A DNA stretch of 64,000 nt from Nannocystales bacterium. Lineage in GTDB: Bacteria > Myxococcota_A > Polyangia > Nannocystales > Nannocystaceae. Shown here piece after piece: positions 9,959-20,561 of the stretch (positions are counted from its first letter, which is position 1; every line of letters starts with the position of its first letter). The notes under the pieces were generated by a model, which saw nothing but the letters and a program-made list of their open reading frames with translations, was not told the origin of the DNA and ran no database searches. The translations under genes were made by a program, and so were the position numbers. Location: the NCBI GenBank assembly GCA_050633305.1, contig JBOEGF010000018.1:256001-320000 (forward strand), written 5' to 3'.

Positions 9959-12334
9959 CTAGTTGGGTGCTTCGGTCGTGAACTCGAAGACCAGCTCTTT
10001 GTCCTGCATGTCGACATGCACGGTGCCGCCGGACTCGAGTTTGCCGAAGAGCAGCTCGTCGACGAGAGCCTCCTTGATCTTCTCGTCGATCAGTCGGGCC
10101 ATGGGGCGGGCGCCGTAGAGCTTGTCGTAGCCGCGCTTGGCGATCCACGTGGCAGCCGCGTCGGTGTAGGTGATCCGGACGTTGCGGTCGATGAGCTGGA
10201 GCTCCAGCTCGCCGAGCATTTTGTCGGCGACCTTGCGGATGACCTCTTTGTCCAAGGGCGAGAACGTCACGACCTTGTCGAGGCGGTTTCGGAACTCGGG
10301 GGTGAAGACCTTCTCGAGGGCCTTGTTGGAGTCGGAGACATCGGGGCCGTCGTCTTCGTCGCTGAACCCCACCTTGCGAGCGGTCATGTCGGCCGCGCCC
10401 GCGTTGCTGGTCATGATGAGGATGACGTTGCGGAAGTCGGTCTTGCGGCCTGTGGTGTCGGTGACCGATGCGTTGTCCATCAACTGAAGGAGCACCGAGA
10501 AAATGTCCGGGTGCGCCTTTTCGATCTCGTCGAGGACGAGAACGCTGTGCGGCTGCTTGCTGACCGCATCGGTGAGCAGTCCTCCTTGGTCGAAGCCGAC
10601 ATATCCCGGAGGCGCGCCGATGAGGCGGCTGACGCTGTGCTTCTCCATGTACTCCGACATGTCGAAGCGGAGGAACGGGAGGCCCAGGAGGCGTGCGAGC
10701 TGCTTGGCAAGCTCGGTCTTGCCGACACCGGTCGGTCCGGCGAACAGGAAAGAGCCGATCGGCTTGTCGTCTCGACCCAGCCCGGCGCGGGCGCGTTTGA
10801 TCGCGTGGGTCACGGTCTTGACCGCGCTGTCTTGCCCGTAGATGACGCCGCCGAGGCCCTCCTCGAGCTTGGCCAAGAGCTGTTTGTCGTCGGTCGAGAC
10901 GGACTTGGGCGGAATGCGAGCCATGCGAGCGATGACCTCCTCGACCTCGACGATGCCGATCGTCTTGGGCTCGGGAAGCGCGGACTCTTTGTCGGCGTCG
11001 TTCTCGGGCTCGGCTTCGGCGTCTTCGTCGAGCGCGTCGTTGAGGGAGGGCTTGGGCGGCCGCAGCAGGGGGACGTGGATGCGAGCCGCCGCACCGACCT
11101 CATCCATCACGTCGATGGCGCTGTCGGGAAGGTTGCGATCACGCAGGTATTTGTGGGCCAGCTCCACCATCGACTCGAGCGCATCGGGCGTGTAGCGGAC
11201 GTTGTGGTGGGTCTCGTAGACCTCGGCCAGACCCTGGAGGATCATCAGCGCCTCCTCGCGGGTGGGTTCGACGATCTCGATCTTCTGGAACCGCCGTGCC
11301 AGCGCGGCGTCGCGTTCGAACGCCGACTTGAACTCCTTGAATGTCGTCGCGCCGATGCAGCGCAGCGAGCCGCTGGCGAGCGCGGGCTTGAGGAGGTTGG
11401 AGGCATCCATGGAGCCTCCAGATGTGGCCCCGGCGCCGACGACGGTGTGAATCTCGTCGATGAAAAGAACCGCGTCGGGATCGGCCTCGATGGCGTTGAT
11501 GACCGCTTTGAGGCGTTCCTCGAACTGGCCGCGGAACTTGGTCCCGGCCAAGAGCGAGCCCATGTCCAGCGAGTAGATGTGGGCGGTTGCGATCGCCTTG
11601 GGGACGTTGCCGTCGTGGACCCGCAAAGCGAGGCCTTCGACCACGGCGGTCTTGCCGACGCCGGGCTCACCCACGAGGACGGGGTTGTTCTTCTTGCGGC
11701 GACACAGGACCTGAATCAGGCGCAGAACCTCGCTCTTGCGACCGATGAGCGGCTCGATGCGACCGGCCTCGGCCTTGGCCGCGAGGTCGACCGCATACGC
11801 GGCGAGTGGGTCTTCGGAGGTGTCGCCCCCGTCCGCCTCTGGGTCCGCACCCGAGGGGCCCCCGTCGTCGGTGGGGGCGCGGCGAACGAGGGACTTGGAG
11901 CCACCACGGCCGATGCCGTGAGAGATGAACAGCGTCACATCCCGGCGGGTGATGCCGTGGTTGCCGAGGATGAACACCGCGTTGGACTCGGGCTCGGCGA
12001 AGAGCGCGACGAGAAGGTTGGCGCCGGTGACCTCGCGCTTGCCCGCGCCTTGAACGTGGAGCACGGCGCGCTGAAGGACTCGACCCACGCCTATGGTCTG
12101 ATGGCAGGTGAACTCGTCGTCTTCGGGCACCCGGTCCATCGCCTCGTCGAGGAACTCTTCGAGCTCCTTTCGGATGTCGTCGAGGTTGCCCCCGCAGCCC
12201 TCGAAGACCTGCGAGGCGCTGGCGTCGGAGAGCAACGCGAGCAGGAGGTGCTCGAGGGTGAGGTACTCGTGACGCCGCTCTTGGGTGTCCTCGATGGCGG
12301 CGTTGATCGTGGATTTCAGTTCATCGCTGAGCAT
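9959..12334 (-). CDS. clpA: ATP-dependent Clp protease ATP-binding subunit ClpA
   Basis: N-domain [14 protein letters not shown]; Walker A motifs GEPGVGKT and [32 protein letters not shown]; no ClpB M-domain; directly downstream of clpS. Confidence 0.97.
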   Translation of the reverse strand: MLSDELKSTINAAIEDTQERRHEYLTLEHLLLALLSDASASQVFEGCGGNLDDIRKELEEFLDEAMDRVPEDDEFTCHQTIGVGRVLQRAVLHVQGAGKREVTGANLLVALFAEPESNAVFILGNHGITRRDVTLFISHGIGRGGSKSLVRRAPTDDGGPSGADPEADGGDTSEDPLAAYAVDLAAKAEAGRIEPLIGRKSEVLRLIQVLCRRKKNNPVLVGEPGVGKTAVVEGLALRVHDGNVPKAIATAHIYSLDMGSLLAGTKFRGQFEERLKAVINAIEADPDAVLFIDEIHTVVGAGATSGGSMDASNLLKPALASGSLRCIGATTFKEFKSAFERDAALARRFQKIEIVEPTREEALMILQGLAEVYETHHNVRYTPDALESMVELAHKYLRDRNLPDSAIDVMDEVGAAARIHVPLLRPPKPSLNDALDEDAEAEPENDADKESALPEPKTIGIVEVEEVIARMARIPPKSVSTDDKQLLAKLEEGLGGVIYGQDSAVKTVTHAIKRARAGLGRDDKPIGSFLFAGPTGVGKTELAKQLARLLGLPFLRFDMSEYMEKHSVSRLIGAPPGYVGFDQGGLLTDAVSKQPHSVLVLDEIEKAHPDIFSVLLQLMDNASVTDTTGRKTDFRNVILIMTSNAGAADMTARKVGFSDEDDGPDVSDSNKALEKVFTPEFRNRLDKVVTFSPLDKEVIRKVADKMLGELELQLIDRNVRITYTDAAATWIAKRGYDKLYGARPMARLIDEKIKEALVDELLFGKLESGGTVHVDMQDKELVFEFTTEAPN

Positions 12335-12353
12335 GACTCGTCCTCACTCGCCC

Positions 12354-12698
12354 TTAGTCGTTCTCGTTTGCGTCTTCTTCAGGCTCCATCGAAGCCATCA
12401 GCGGGTGGTCGTTCTTGCGCGCGAGCATGTGAACCTGCGCCACCTTGGTCTCGGCGATCTCGTGGGTGTAGACGCCCGCGACACCCTGTCCACGGTTGTG
12501 GATGTGAAGCATGATTGCGGTGGCCTCGGTCTCGTTGCGGTGGAACACCGTCTCGAGGAGGCGCACGACGAAGTCCATGGGGGTGTAGTCGTCGTTGTGG
12601 ATGACAACGCTGTACATCCGAGGTCGCTTGACCTTCTTCTCCACACGTTCGCGGAGGACCACCCCTGTTTCGTTCTCGTCTTCGGGTCGCGTACTCAT
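12354..12698 (-). CDS. clpS: ATP-dependent Clp protease adaptor ClpS
   Basis: MYSVVIHNDDYTPMDFVV...MLHIHNRGQGVAGVYTHEIAETKV...HPL. Confidence 0.97.
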   Translation of the reverse strand: MSTRPEDENETGVVLRERVEKKVKRPRMYSVVIHNDDYTPMDFVVRLLETVFHRNETEATAIMLHIHNRGQGVAGVYTHEIAETKVAQVHMLARKNDHPLMASMEPEEDANEND

Positions 12699-12931
12699 CG
12701 CAGGATCTACCAACGGGACAGCCCAAGACCTCGCCGAGTCGGCGCGACCGCTCAAGTCCGTCCGGGTTTCATGATAGCAGGCGGCAGGCTCGATGCCTCG
12801 GCCGGACGGCTACGTTCGACGAACTCCTGTCCCACCCGGTTGGGTAGGACGGAGGTCTGCGACTGTGTGTGCGCCCTGCATTCGGGCAGTCGTTTGCGGG
12901 ACCTGGCCATTCGTCGTAGAGCGATGGGGTC

Positions 12932-14104
12932 GTGCCGCTGCAGATTCGAGCCGTTCATGCGCTCTCGGACGTCGAGGCGTCCGCGTGGAATGGTCTCGAT
13001 CACGGACACAGTCCGTTCCTGGAGTGGGGGTTCCTTCGCGCGCTCGAGATGAGCGGCAGCACCGGGGGACCCGCCGGGTGGGCGCCGATCTACCTTCTCG
13101 CGGAGGCGGAGTCCGAAGATGGGACACGTCAGCTCGTGGGTGCGGTCCCGTGCTTCCTCAAGGACCACAGCTACGGCGAGTACATCTTCGACTGGGGTTG
13201 GGCCCGGGCGGCGTCTCAAGCGGGGGTCTCCTACTACCCGAAGCTGGTGGTCGCCGCACCGGTCACCCCGGCCAGCGGCCCCCGGATCCTGCTGCGCCGC
13301 GACGACGACGACGAGCCGAGCATCGTGGCAAAGCTGCTCGTCGCCGCCGTTCGCGAGCTGGCCGACGCGACCGACTGCTCCTCGGTGCACTGGCTGTTCA
13401 CGACTGAGGAGGAACACCGCGTGCTCGAGGAGCTCGGCTTCATGTCACGGCTGAGCTTTCAGTTTCACTGGCACAACCGGGAGTACGAGGATTTCGACGG
13501 GTTCTTGGCGACGTTGGCCTCGCGAAAGCGGAAGCAGATTCGCAAGGAGCGCAGGCGTGCGCTCGCGGAGGTCGACGGGGTCGAATTTGTGCCTGGCGGG
13601 TCGCTCGGACCCGACGAAATCGAGCGGCTCGATCGGTTCTACCGAAGGACAACGGCGCGGCATGGCGGGCAGGACTACCTGCGTCCCGGATTCTTCAAAC
13701 GTCTGGTCGAGCTGATGCCCGAGCGGGTCCAGTTTGCCCGCGTGGGGCGAGAAGGGGACGTGGTCGCGGGTGCCCTGTACCTGGAGACACCCGGGGCGCT
13801 ATACGGTCGCTACTGGGGTTGCGCCCAGGAGATCGAGTTCCTCCACTTCGAGACCGCGTACTACGCTGGGATCGAGCGCTGCATCCAGCAGAAGATCCCG
13901 CTGTTCGAGGCGGGAGCCCAGGGGGAGCACAAGCTGTTGCGCGGGTTCACGCCTTCGGCGACGTACAGCTCGCACTGGATCCGCCATGATGGGCTGCGTC
14001 GTGCTGTGGGTCGCTTTCTCGCGGATGAGCGCGAGCAGCTGCCCGACTACATGAGAGAGCTCGCGCAGTACGCCCCGTACAAGAAGACCCGCGCCGAGGA
14101 CTGA
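12932..14104 (+). CDS. FemAB-like GNAT-fold protein (DUF482 / COG3146)
   Basis: [77 protein letters not shown]. Confidence 0.9.
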   Translation: MPLQIRAVHALSDVEASAWNGLDHGHSPFLEWGFLRALEMSGSTGGPAGWAPIYLLAEAESEDGTRQLVGAVPCFLKDHSYGEYIFDWGWARAASQAGVSYYPKLVVAAPVTPASGPRILLRRDDDDEPSIVAKLLVAAVRELADATDCSSVHWLFTTEEEHRVLEELGFMSRLSFQFHWHNREYEDFDGFLATLASRKRKQIRKERRRALAEVDGVEFVPGGSLGPDEIERLDRFYRRTTARHGGQDYLRPGFFKRLVELMPERVQFARVGREGDVVAGALYLETPGALYGRYWGCAQEIEFLHFETAYYAGIERCIQQKIPLFEAGAQGEHKLLRGFTPSATYSSHWIRHDGLRRAVGRFLADEREQLPDYMRELAQYAPYKKTRAED

Positions 14105-14256
14105 GCGCGCGGGTTCGGGGCGATGTGTCCCACAGAGGCGCTTGCGGCCAGATCTTCGGTCACACAGCCGATCCGTGGGTTGTAAATCATCGCGAGAACG
14201 CGGCCCGAAATGGTGAATTAGCCCCTTTCGCCTTCGGGCGTGGCATCGTTAATCCC

Positions 14257-16779
14257 ATGGACGCGGCCGGTCACGGGCGCGGTCATCCGAGTTCGACGCT
14301 GCTCGACTCGATGACCGACGGCGTCGAGGACGAAGATGCGCTTCAGGGCGAACGCCTGGAGCGGGGTACCTCGGTCGATCGGTACGTTGTCCTGTACGAA
14401 CTCGGGTCCGGTGGCATGGGCATCGTCTACGCGGCGTATGACCCGCAGTTGGACCGCAAGGTGGCCCTCAAGCTCCTGCACGCCAACAGCCGCAGCGACC
14501 GCGCTCGTACCCGACTGCTCCGTGAGGCCCAGGCCATCGCTCGCATCACGCACCCCAACGTCGTGACGGTCCACGACGTGGGGACCTATGAGGGCCGGGT
14601 GTTCGTCGCCATGGAGTATGTCGAGGGCCTGACACTGCGGCGCTGGCTTCAGGAACAGCGCCGCCCGTGGGCGGAGGTTCTTGCCGTGCTTCAGCGAGCG
14701 GGCGAGGGGCTTGCGGCTGCCCACGAGGGAGACCTCATCCACCGCGACTTCAAGCCCGACAACGTCCTGATCGAAGACGGAGGTCGAGCTGTGGTGCTGG
14801 ATTTCGGACTGGCGCGGCGGACCTCGTCCCAAGAGGACATCCCTCGGGTCACAAGCGACGACGGTGTTGCGCTCCGGCCTTCCATGGAACTCGAGCCGGA
14901 CCTCACGCGCACCGGAGCCAAGCTCGGCACACCGGCATACATGGCGCCCGAGCAGCATCTGTCTTCGCCCACGGATGCGCGTACCGACCAGTTCTCGTTC
15001 TGTGTGGTGACCTGGGAGTCGCTGTACGGCGCCCGGCCCTTCGCCGGATCCACATCTCGAGAGGCCCGCTACTCGGTGCTCAAGGGCGAGCTCCTCGAGC
15101 CCCGAGACTCGGACGTTCCGATGGCGGTGCGGCGCGTCCTCGAGCGTGGACTGTCCCTCGATCCCGACCTCCGCTTTTCGGACATGGGCAGTCTGCTCGC
15201 TGCGCTGAGTCGCGCGCCTCGCCGCCGTGTCCCCCGCTGGGCGTGGGGAAGTGCGCTCGCGGTCGTGGCGACGGGGATGGGCCTCATGGGCTGGGCGGCA
15301 GAGCACGATGCCGGGGCCGCGCCGTGTCGCGAACCTGCGGAACGCTGGCGCGCGGTCTGGGATGACGACGTGCGCGAACGCCTCAAGACCGCCTTTGTCG
15401 CGAGCGGGGCGAAGTTTGCCGAGCCCTCGTGGTTCACGGTCGAACAGACGTTGGGTCGCTACACCGAGGCCTGGTCGGGGACCTACCTCGACGCGTGCGA
15501 GGCCACGCATGTGCACCACGAGCAGAGTCACGAGACCCTCGAGTTGCGGATGTCGTGCCTACGGGGACGACAACAGGCTGTGGCCGCACTCGTTCGGGAG
15601 TTCTCGGACGCCGATGCGTCGGTTGTCGAGAACTCGGTCGAAGCGGTCAACGCTCTGCCACGCCTTGTCGAGTGCAGTGACCTGGCACGGTTGCAGGCCG
15701 CGCCCCGGCTGCGCAAGGAACTCGACGCTCGCGATACGACGCCGTTGCGCGAAGCGCTCGTAGACGCGCGGGCCAAGGAAAGCTCGGCTCGGTACACGCA
15801 GGCGCAGGCGATCGTGCTTGGCGTCCTTCGCGATGCGCAGTCGCTCGGAGCCGACGACATCATTGCGGAGGCCCGACTGCGGATGGGATCGATCCTTCAG
15901 CGACGCAGCGAGTTCGCTCAGGCGGAGCGCAGTTATCTGGAGGCAATCTGGGCCGCGCAGCGGGCTGGACATCGCTTCCTCGAAGCCGAGGCTTGGGTTC
16001 AGTTGGTGTGGGTCACGGGCGTGGAGCGGTTCAACCCCGAGCGCGCTCAGTTGTGGGAGGAGTTTGCCGAGGCCGCCTTGGATCGGGTGGGTGGAGGCGC
16101 GGTGCTCGAGGCTCAGCTTCGACACAACGTTGGCGGGGTGCTCTACACCCGGCGGGACTATGAAGGGGCGCTCGCCGAGTACCGTCTCGCACTTGCGCGT
16201 CAGATCGAACTACTCGGGCGGGACGACCCCCGCGTTGCGACGACGCACAACCACATCGCGAACGCGCTGATGGAGCTGAAGCGCTACGACAAGTCCGAGA
16301 CGTCGTGTCTGCAGTCCCTGGAGATCCGCAAACGATTGTTCGGAGACCAGCACCCCACTGTTGCCGCCTCGCTCAACAACCTTGGAGAGCTCGAGCGCAA
16401 GAGGCAGCACCCCACGGCCGCTCTGGTCCACGCCGAGGCTTCGCTCGCGATCGTCGGTCGTGGTGGCGGGCGCGAAGAAGACGTAGCAGCGATGATCGCC
16501 GGGTGGGCGCTGCTCGAGTTGGGCCGACCTCGCGAGGCGCTGCCGCGGTTTGAGCGAGCCCTGGTGATGCGGACCGAAACCGACGGCGCTTTCGCTCCGC
16601 GGGTCGTCGACGTCGAGCTCGAGTTGGCCCGCACCCGCGTAGGTCTCGGCGAGTACGACGTGGCCCTGGCCCAGCTCGAGCGGGTATTCGAGCTGGAGGC
16701 GGGCCGCCGCCCCGACGTGCTCGAGCGCGCTCGGGCGCTGCGGACCCTCATCCGTACCGAGCGGCCCTCGATCGAGTAA
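14257..16779 (+). CDS. Ser/Thr protein kinase with TM helix and C-terminal TPR repeats
   Basis: LGSGGMGIVY, VALKLL, HRDFKPDN, DFGLA, GTPAYMAPE; myxobacterial Cys-containing linker domain; TPRs (HPTVAASLNNLG). Confidence 0.93.
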   Translation: MDAAGHGRGHPSSTLLDSMTDGVEDEDALQGERLERGTSVDRYVVLYELGSGGMGIVYAAYDPQLDRKVALKLLHANSRSDRARTRLLREAQAIARITHPNVVTVHDVGTYEGRVFVAMEYVEGLTLRRWLQEQRRPWAEVLAVLQRAGEGLAAAHEGDLIHRDFKPDNVLIEDGGRAVVLDFGLARRTSSQEDIPRVTSDDGVALRPSMELEPDLTRTGAKLGTPAYMAPEQHLSSPTDARTDQFSFCVVTWESLYGARPFAGSTSREARYSVLKGELLEPRDSDVPMAVRRVLERGLSLDPDLRFSDMGSLLAALSRAPRRRVPRWAWGSALAVVATGMGLMGWAAEHDAGAAPCREPAERWRAVWDDDVRERLKTAFVASGAKFAEPSWFTVEQTLGRYTEAWSGTYLDACEATHVHHEQSHETLELRMSCLRGRQQAVAALVREFSDADASVVENSVEAVNALPRLVECSDLARLQAAPRLRKELDARDTTPLREALVDARAKESSARYTQAQAIVLGVLRDAQSLGADDIIAEARLRMGSILQRRSEFAQAERSYLEAIWAAQRAGHRFLEAEAWVQLVWVTGVERFNPERAQLWEEFAEAALDRVGGGAVLEAQLRHNVGGVLYTRRDYEGALAEYRLALARQIELLGRDDPRVATTHNHIANALMELKRYDKSETSCLQSLEIRKRLFGDQHPTVAASLNNLGELERKRQHPTAALVHAEASLAIVGRGGGREEDVAAMIAGWALLELGRPREALPRFERALVMRTETDGAFAPRVVDVELELARTRVGLGEYDVALAQLERVFELEAGRRPDVLERARALRTLIRTERPSIE

Positions 16780-16909
16780 CGCGAATTCCGCGATTTTCGG
16801 CCGATTGGAACAGCTGCAGCTCTCCACACGTCGGGCCTTGGACGCCGAGATCCGCCGCAGGTACTGTACGGCGAATTTTCGAGTTCCTCGGCAGCCCTTG
16901 CAGCTCGCG

Positions 16910-18571
16910 ATGCTGTTTCCCTCGTTCGACTTTCTCGTCTTCATCATTCCGGTGTTGCTCGTCTTCTGGGCAGCATCGGGGCGACCGGTCGTGCGCGCGC
17001 TGTTCCTGCTGGGCGCCAGCTACTTTTTCTACATGGCGGGTCCTCGGCTCGATCCGCCCGGGACCCCTTGGTACTACGCCGGGCTGCTGCTGTTCTCGAC
17101 GGTGCTCGACTTCGCATGCGGCCACGCGATGCATCGCCATGCCGCCTTGGCACGCTCGTCGGACCCTGCCGTGGCCGGTCCGGCGCGGCGAGCTCGGAAC
17201 GCGGCGTTGGGGCTGAGCCTGGTCGGGAACCTCGGCCTGCTCGCCTACTTCAAGTACACCGATTTCTTCTTCGCCATCGCGACGGACTTCAGTGAGGCGC
17301 TCGGCCTACCGTTCGCGGCGCCGGTGATGCACACGCTGCTTCCGGTCGGCATCTCCTTCTACACATTCCAGAGCCTGAGCTACTCGATCGACGTGTGGCG
17401 GGAGCGACTCGACCCCGAGCCGTCCTTCCTACGGTTCGCGTTGTTCGTTTCGTTTTTTCCGCAGTTGGTGGCGGGCCCGATCGTGCGGGCGAGCGAGTTC
17501 TTGCCGCAGCTGCATCGTGGGCCTCGCATCACGGCGACGGGCATCGAAGAGGGGCTGTTTCGCATCTTCAAGGGGTTGATCAAGAAGGTGCTGCTCGGCG
17601 ATTGGATCGCCAGCCAGTTCACCGACCCGATCTTCGCCAGCCCCGACATGTACACGTCGGCGGAGGTTCTCATCGCGCTGTACGCCTTCACGCTGCAGCT
17701 GTACGCGGACTTCTCGGGCTACTCGGACATCGCCATCGGTGTCGCGCGGCTGATGGGATACGAGATCCCGGAGAACTTCGATCGTCCGCACCAGGCGCTC
17801 GACGTCGGCGAGTTCTGGCGGCGGTGGCACATGACGCTGTCGACGTGGCTGCGCGACTACCTGTTCTTCCCGCTGGGGGGTTCGCGTGGCTCGGCCGGAC
17901 GCACGTACTTCAACCTGTGGCTGACCATGTTCTTGGTCGGCATGTGGCACTACAAGGCTGGCACCAGCTGGAACTTTGTGATCTACGCCAACCTTCAGGC
18001 GGGCGCGATCCTGTTCAATCGCTGGAATCGGATCCGAGACCGCAGCGGTCCTGCGGGGAGCCGCTGGGGAAAGACGCTGGGGTTGGCGGTGTGCACGGGC
18101 GCAGCGATGTACGGCCTGAGCCGATTTGGCCTCGACCTCGAAGTGGCGCATGCCCTGTTCATCGCGGCGCTGGCCATCGCTGGCTTCGTGTTGGTGGCCT
18201 GGCTCCCGGTGAGCGGGACCCCGCTCAACAACGTCGTCCACATCGTGCTGACGTTCCACTTCACGGTGCTCTCCCGGGTGTTCTTCCGCGCCGAAACCTT
18301 CGCGAGTGCCAAGAAGATGATCGTGGCGCTGTTGTCCTTCGACCCCGCGCACCTCGTGCGTCCGGGCCTGATGACGCCTTGGCTCGTCGCCGCGCTGCTC
18401 GGTGGGACCGCGTACCACTTCACGCCCAAGCGCTGGGTGGACGAGACCGCGTTCGGGTTGTTCCGCCGGGTCCCCGGTCCGGTTCTCGGCTTGGCGATGG
18501 GGCTGCTTGCGCTGGGCATCATGAAGATCGCCGCGAACGGTCCCCGCGCGTTCATCTACTTCGACTTCTAG
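16910..18571 (+). CDS. MBOAT family O-acyltransferase (AlgI/PatA/DltB-like)
   Basis: LPVGISFYTFQSLSY, FFPQLVAGPIVRA, YADFSGYSDIAIG, EFWRRWHMTLS.WLRDY, GMWH, C-terminal FIYFDF. Confidence 0.93.
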   Translation: MLFPSFDFLVFIIPVLLVFWAASGRPVVRALFLLGASYFFYMAGPRLDPPGTPWYYAGLLLFSTVLDFACGHAMHRHAALARSSDPAVAGPARRARNAALGLSLVGNLGLLAYFKYTDFFFAIATDFSEALGLPFAAPVMHTLLPVGISFYTFQSLSYSIDVWRERLDPEPSFLRFALFVSFFPQLVAGPIVRASEFLPQLHRGPRITATGIEEGLFRIFKGLIKKVLLGDWIASQFTDPIFASPDMYTSAEVLIALYAFTLQLYADFSGYSDIAIGVARLMGYEIPENFDRPHQALDVGEFWRRWHMTLSTWLRDYLFFPLGGSRGSAGRTYFNLWLTMFLVGMWHYKAGTSWNFVIYANLQAGAILFNRWNRIRDRSGPAGSRWGKTLGLAVCTGAAMYGLSRFGLDLEVAHALFIAALAIAGFVLVAWLPVSGTPLNNVVHIVLTFHFTVLSRVFFRAETFASAKKMIVALLSFDPAHLVRPGLMTPWLVAALLGGTAYHFTPKRWVDETAFGLFRRVPGPVLGLAMGLLALGIMKIAANGPRAFIYFDF

Positions 18572-18575
18572 TGGC

Positions 18576-20153
18576 ATGACTCTCCCCGAACCCAAAGCGG
18601 ATGCGCACGCGCCAGGACTGCTCGATATCGAGGAGCCCGATGCGGAGCATGTCTCGTTGGCGGGATCCGACGACGGCGGGCGAGTGCCGTCGGGGACGTT
18701 CAAGAAGGTCGGATCTGGCATCGCTACGCTGCTCGCGATGATCGTGGTGTCGTACGTGGTGCCGGCCGCCAAGTGGACGCGCCCGTGGACCTCCGACGAC
18801 CCCGTTCTGTTCTGGAACCTCATCGGTCGCGAGTTGATGGGCGGGGAGGCCGAGGTCAAGGCCCAAGAGGACCAGCTCGCGGCGATGGACGCGATCGCCG
18901 AACTCGCCACGCAGAACGAGGATGACGATGCTTCGCCGGCGCTGCCCGACCGTGCATCCGTCGACGTTCCAGCCGCCGGAGGCCTGCCGCCCTACGAGGC
19001 GCACGCCGACGATGACGAGGAGGTTCCGCGGGCCCTCGAACTCCCCAACCCCGAGGCCCTCGATTCGTTCTACGCCCAGCTCGCCGAGACGCAGTCTGGC
19101 TTTGCGGGCGCCGTGACGCGTGTGAGCCACTGGGGAGATTCGGTCATCGCCGGTGACCACGTCACGTCCGCGCTGCGCACCCGGATGCAGCGACGCTTCG
19201 GAGATGCGGGGCACGGCTGGCACCTCATCAGCACGCCCACGTTGAGCTATCGCCACCGCGGAGTCCGCTTCAAGAAGGGCGACTGGGCGAACTGCTACAT
19301 CATCAACAGCTGCCGCAAGGATGGGCACTACGGCTACGGCGGCACGGTGTTCACTTCCAAGGGCGGCTCCAAGGTCACGCTGGGCACGGCTCGCAAGGGG
19401 GCGTTTGGCCGCAAGGTCTCTCGTTTCGAGCTCTGGTACGCGGCCGAATCCCGCGGCGGTGCACTCAAGGTGAGCATCGACGGGGACGAGACCCGGACGC
19501 TCGATGGCCGGGCCGCCGAGCTGACCGATCGCTACGAAGTCTTCGAGGTCCCCGACGGCCCGCACGACCTCACCGTCCGTGTGAATCAGGGCAAGGGCCG
19601 GCTGTACGGGGTCGTGCTCGAGCGGGACGGTCCGGGGGTGGTCTGGGATGGCCTGTCCAACCTCGGGGCGTTCACCGGCCGAATGCTCAAGGCCGACCCG
19701 GAGCATATGCTGGCGCAAATCAACCGCCGCAACCCCCACTTGCTGGTGTTTCAGTTCGGGGGCAACGACTTGATCATGAAGGCGAGCAAGTACGGCCTGC
19801 TCGAGCGACAGACCCGCGAGCTGATCCGGCTGTACCGTGGCAGCGAATCCCCAAGAGCGTGTCTTGTGGTCTCGCCCGTCGACCACGGTGAGCGAAAGGG
19901 TGGTCGCACTGTCTCCGTCGAAGCGATGGCTCCGGTGACCGAGCTTCAGCGCAGGGTCGCGCTGGAGGAGGGGTGTGCGTTCTTCGACACCCAGGCTGCG
20001 ATGGGAGGTCCTGGCGCAATTGCACTGTGGCGTCAACGCAACCTCATGTCCGCCGACCTCGCACACCTCAGCGAGGAGGGGCAGAAGGTCCTCGGGCACA
20101 TGATCTACTTGGCTCTGATGCAGGGCTACCGCGCCTATCGCGAGCGCGAATGA
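18576..20153 (+). CDS. SGNH/GDSL family O-acetyltransferase or esterase (PatB/AlgJ-like)
   Basis: HWGDS nucleophile block, FGGND block III, DLAH catalytic motif; N-terminal TM; starts 4 bp after the MBOAT gene. Confidence 0.8.
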   Translation: MTLPEPKADAHAPGLLDIEEPDAEHVSLAGSDDGGRVPSGTFKKVGSGIATLLAMIVVSYVVPAAKWTRPWTSDDPVLFWNLIGRELMGGEAEVKAQEDQLAAMDAIAELATQNEDDDASPALPDRASVDVPAAGGLPPYEAHADDDEEVPRALELPNPEALDSFYAQLAETQSGFAGAVTRVSHWGDSVIAGDHVTSALRTRMQRRFGDAGHGWHLISTPTLSYRHRGVRFKKGDWANCYIINSCRKDGHYGYGGTVFTSKGGSKVTLGTARKGAFGRKVSRFELWYAAESRGGALKVSIDGDETRTLDGRAAELTDRYEVFEVPDGPHDLTVRVNQGKGRLYGVVLERDGPGVVWDGLSNLGAFTGRMLKADPEHMLAQINRRNPHLLVFQFGGNDLIMKASKYGLLERQTRELIRLYRGSESPRACLVVSPVDHGERKGGRTVSVEAMAPVTELQRRVALEEGCAFFDTQAAMGGPGAIALWRQRNLMSADLAHLSEEGQKVLGHMIYLALMQGYRAYRERE

Positions 20154-20252
20154 GAAGAAAACATCCACGCGGGTGAAATCGGACGGGGGCGCGATGCGTT
20201 CAAGCGCTGCAACCGGCGGCAACCGCTGCCGTCTTACTCCCGAGGCGCCCGC

Positions 20253-20531
20253 ATGTCTGCTCGATCCCGCTCGTTCTTCGCTGCACTGCTCTGGTCTGTT
20301 CTCGCGGTCGCCTCCGCTAGTTTCCTCGGTCTCGCACTCGGCGCCAACGCGTTTTCGCTCCCCTACGGCCTGACCGCGGGGGCGCTCTTCGGCTTGCTGC
20401 TCGGCGCGATCGGAATGCTCCGGCATCTGTCGGGGAAGACCCGGCCGGACATTGCAGGAGTCAGCCGGCGCGACGTCGCGTTCGCGGGGTCGTTCGCGAT
20501 CGTCACTGCGGCCGGCTGTTGCATCCTTTAG
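20253..20531 (+). CDS. Small membrane protein (92 aa)
   Basis: Three hydrophobic segments; ATG start with upstream GAGG. Confidence 0.5.
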   Translation: MSARSRSFFAALLWSVLAVASASFLGLALGANAFSLPYGLTAGALFGLLLGAIGMLRHLSGKTRPDIAGVSRRDVAFAGSFAIVTAAGCCIL

Positions 20532-20561
20532 GACGCATCGCCGCGTCGCCACACCGCGCTG

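Noticed and set aside
9920..12514. 864-aa ORF antisense to clpA
   Set aside because: Typical shadow frame of a GC3-rich gene; no motifs; completely overlaps a clear clpA
14241..14256. TGGCATCGTTAATCCC upstream of the TPR kinase as a sigma54 promoter
   Set aside because: Lacks the -12 GC and abuts the ATG
17429..20552. Long antisense ORFs (493 and 666 aa) over the MBOAT and SGNH genes
   Set aside because: Shadow ORFs with no recognisable motifs
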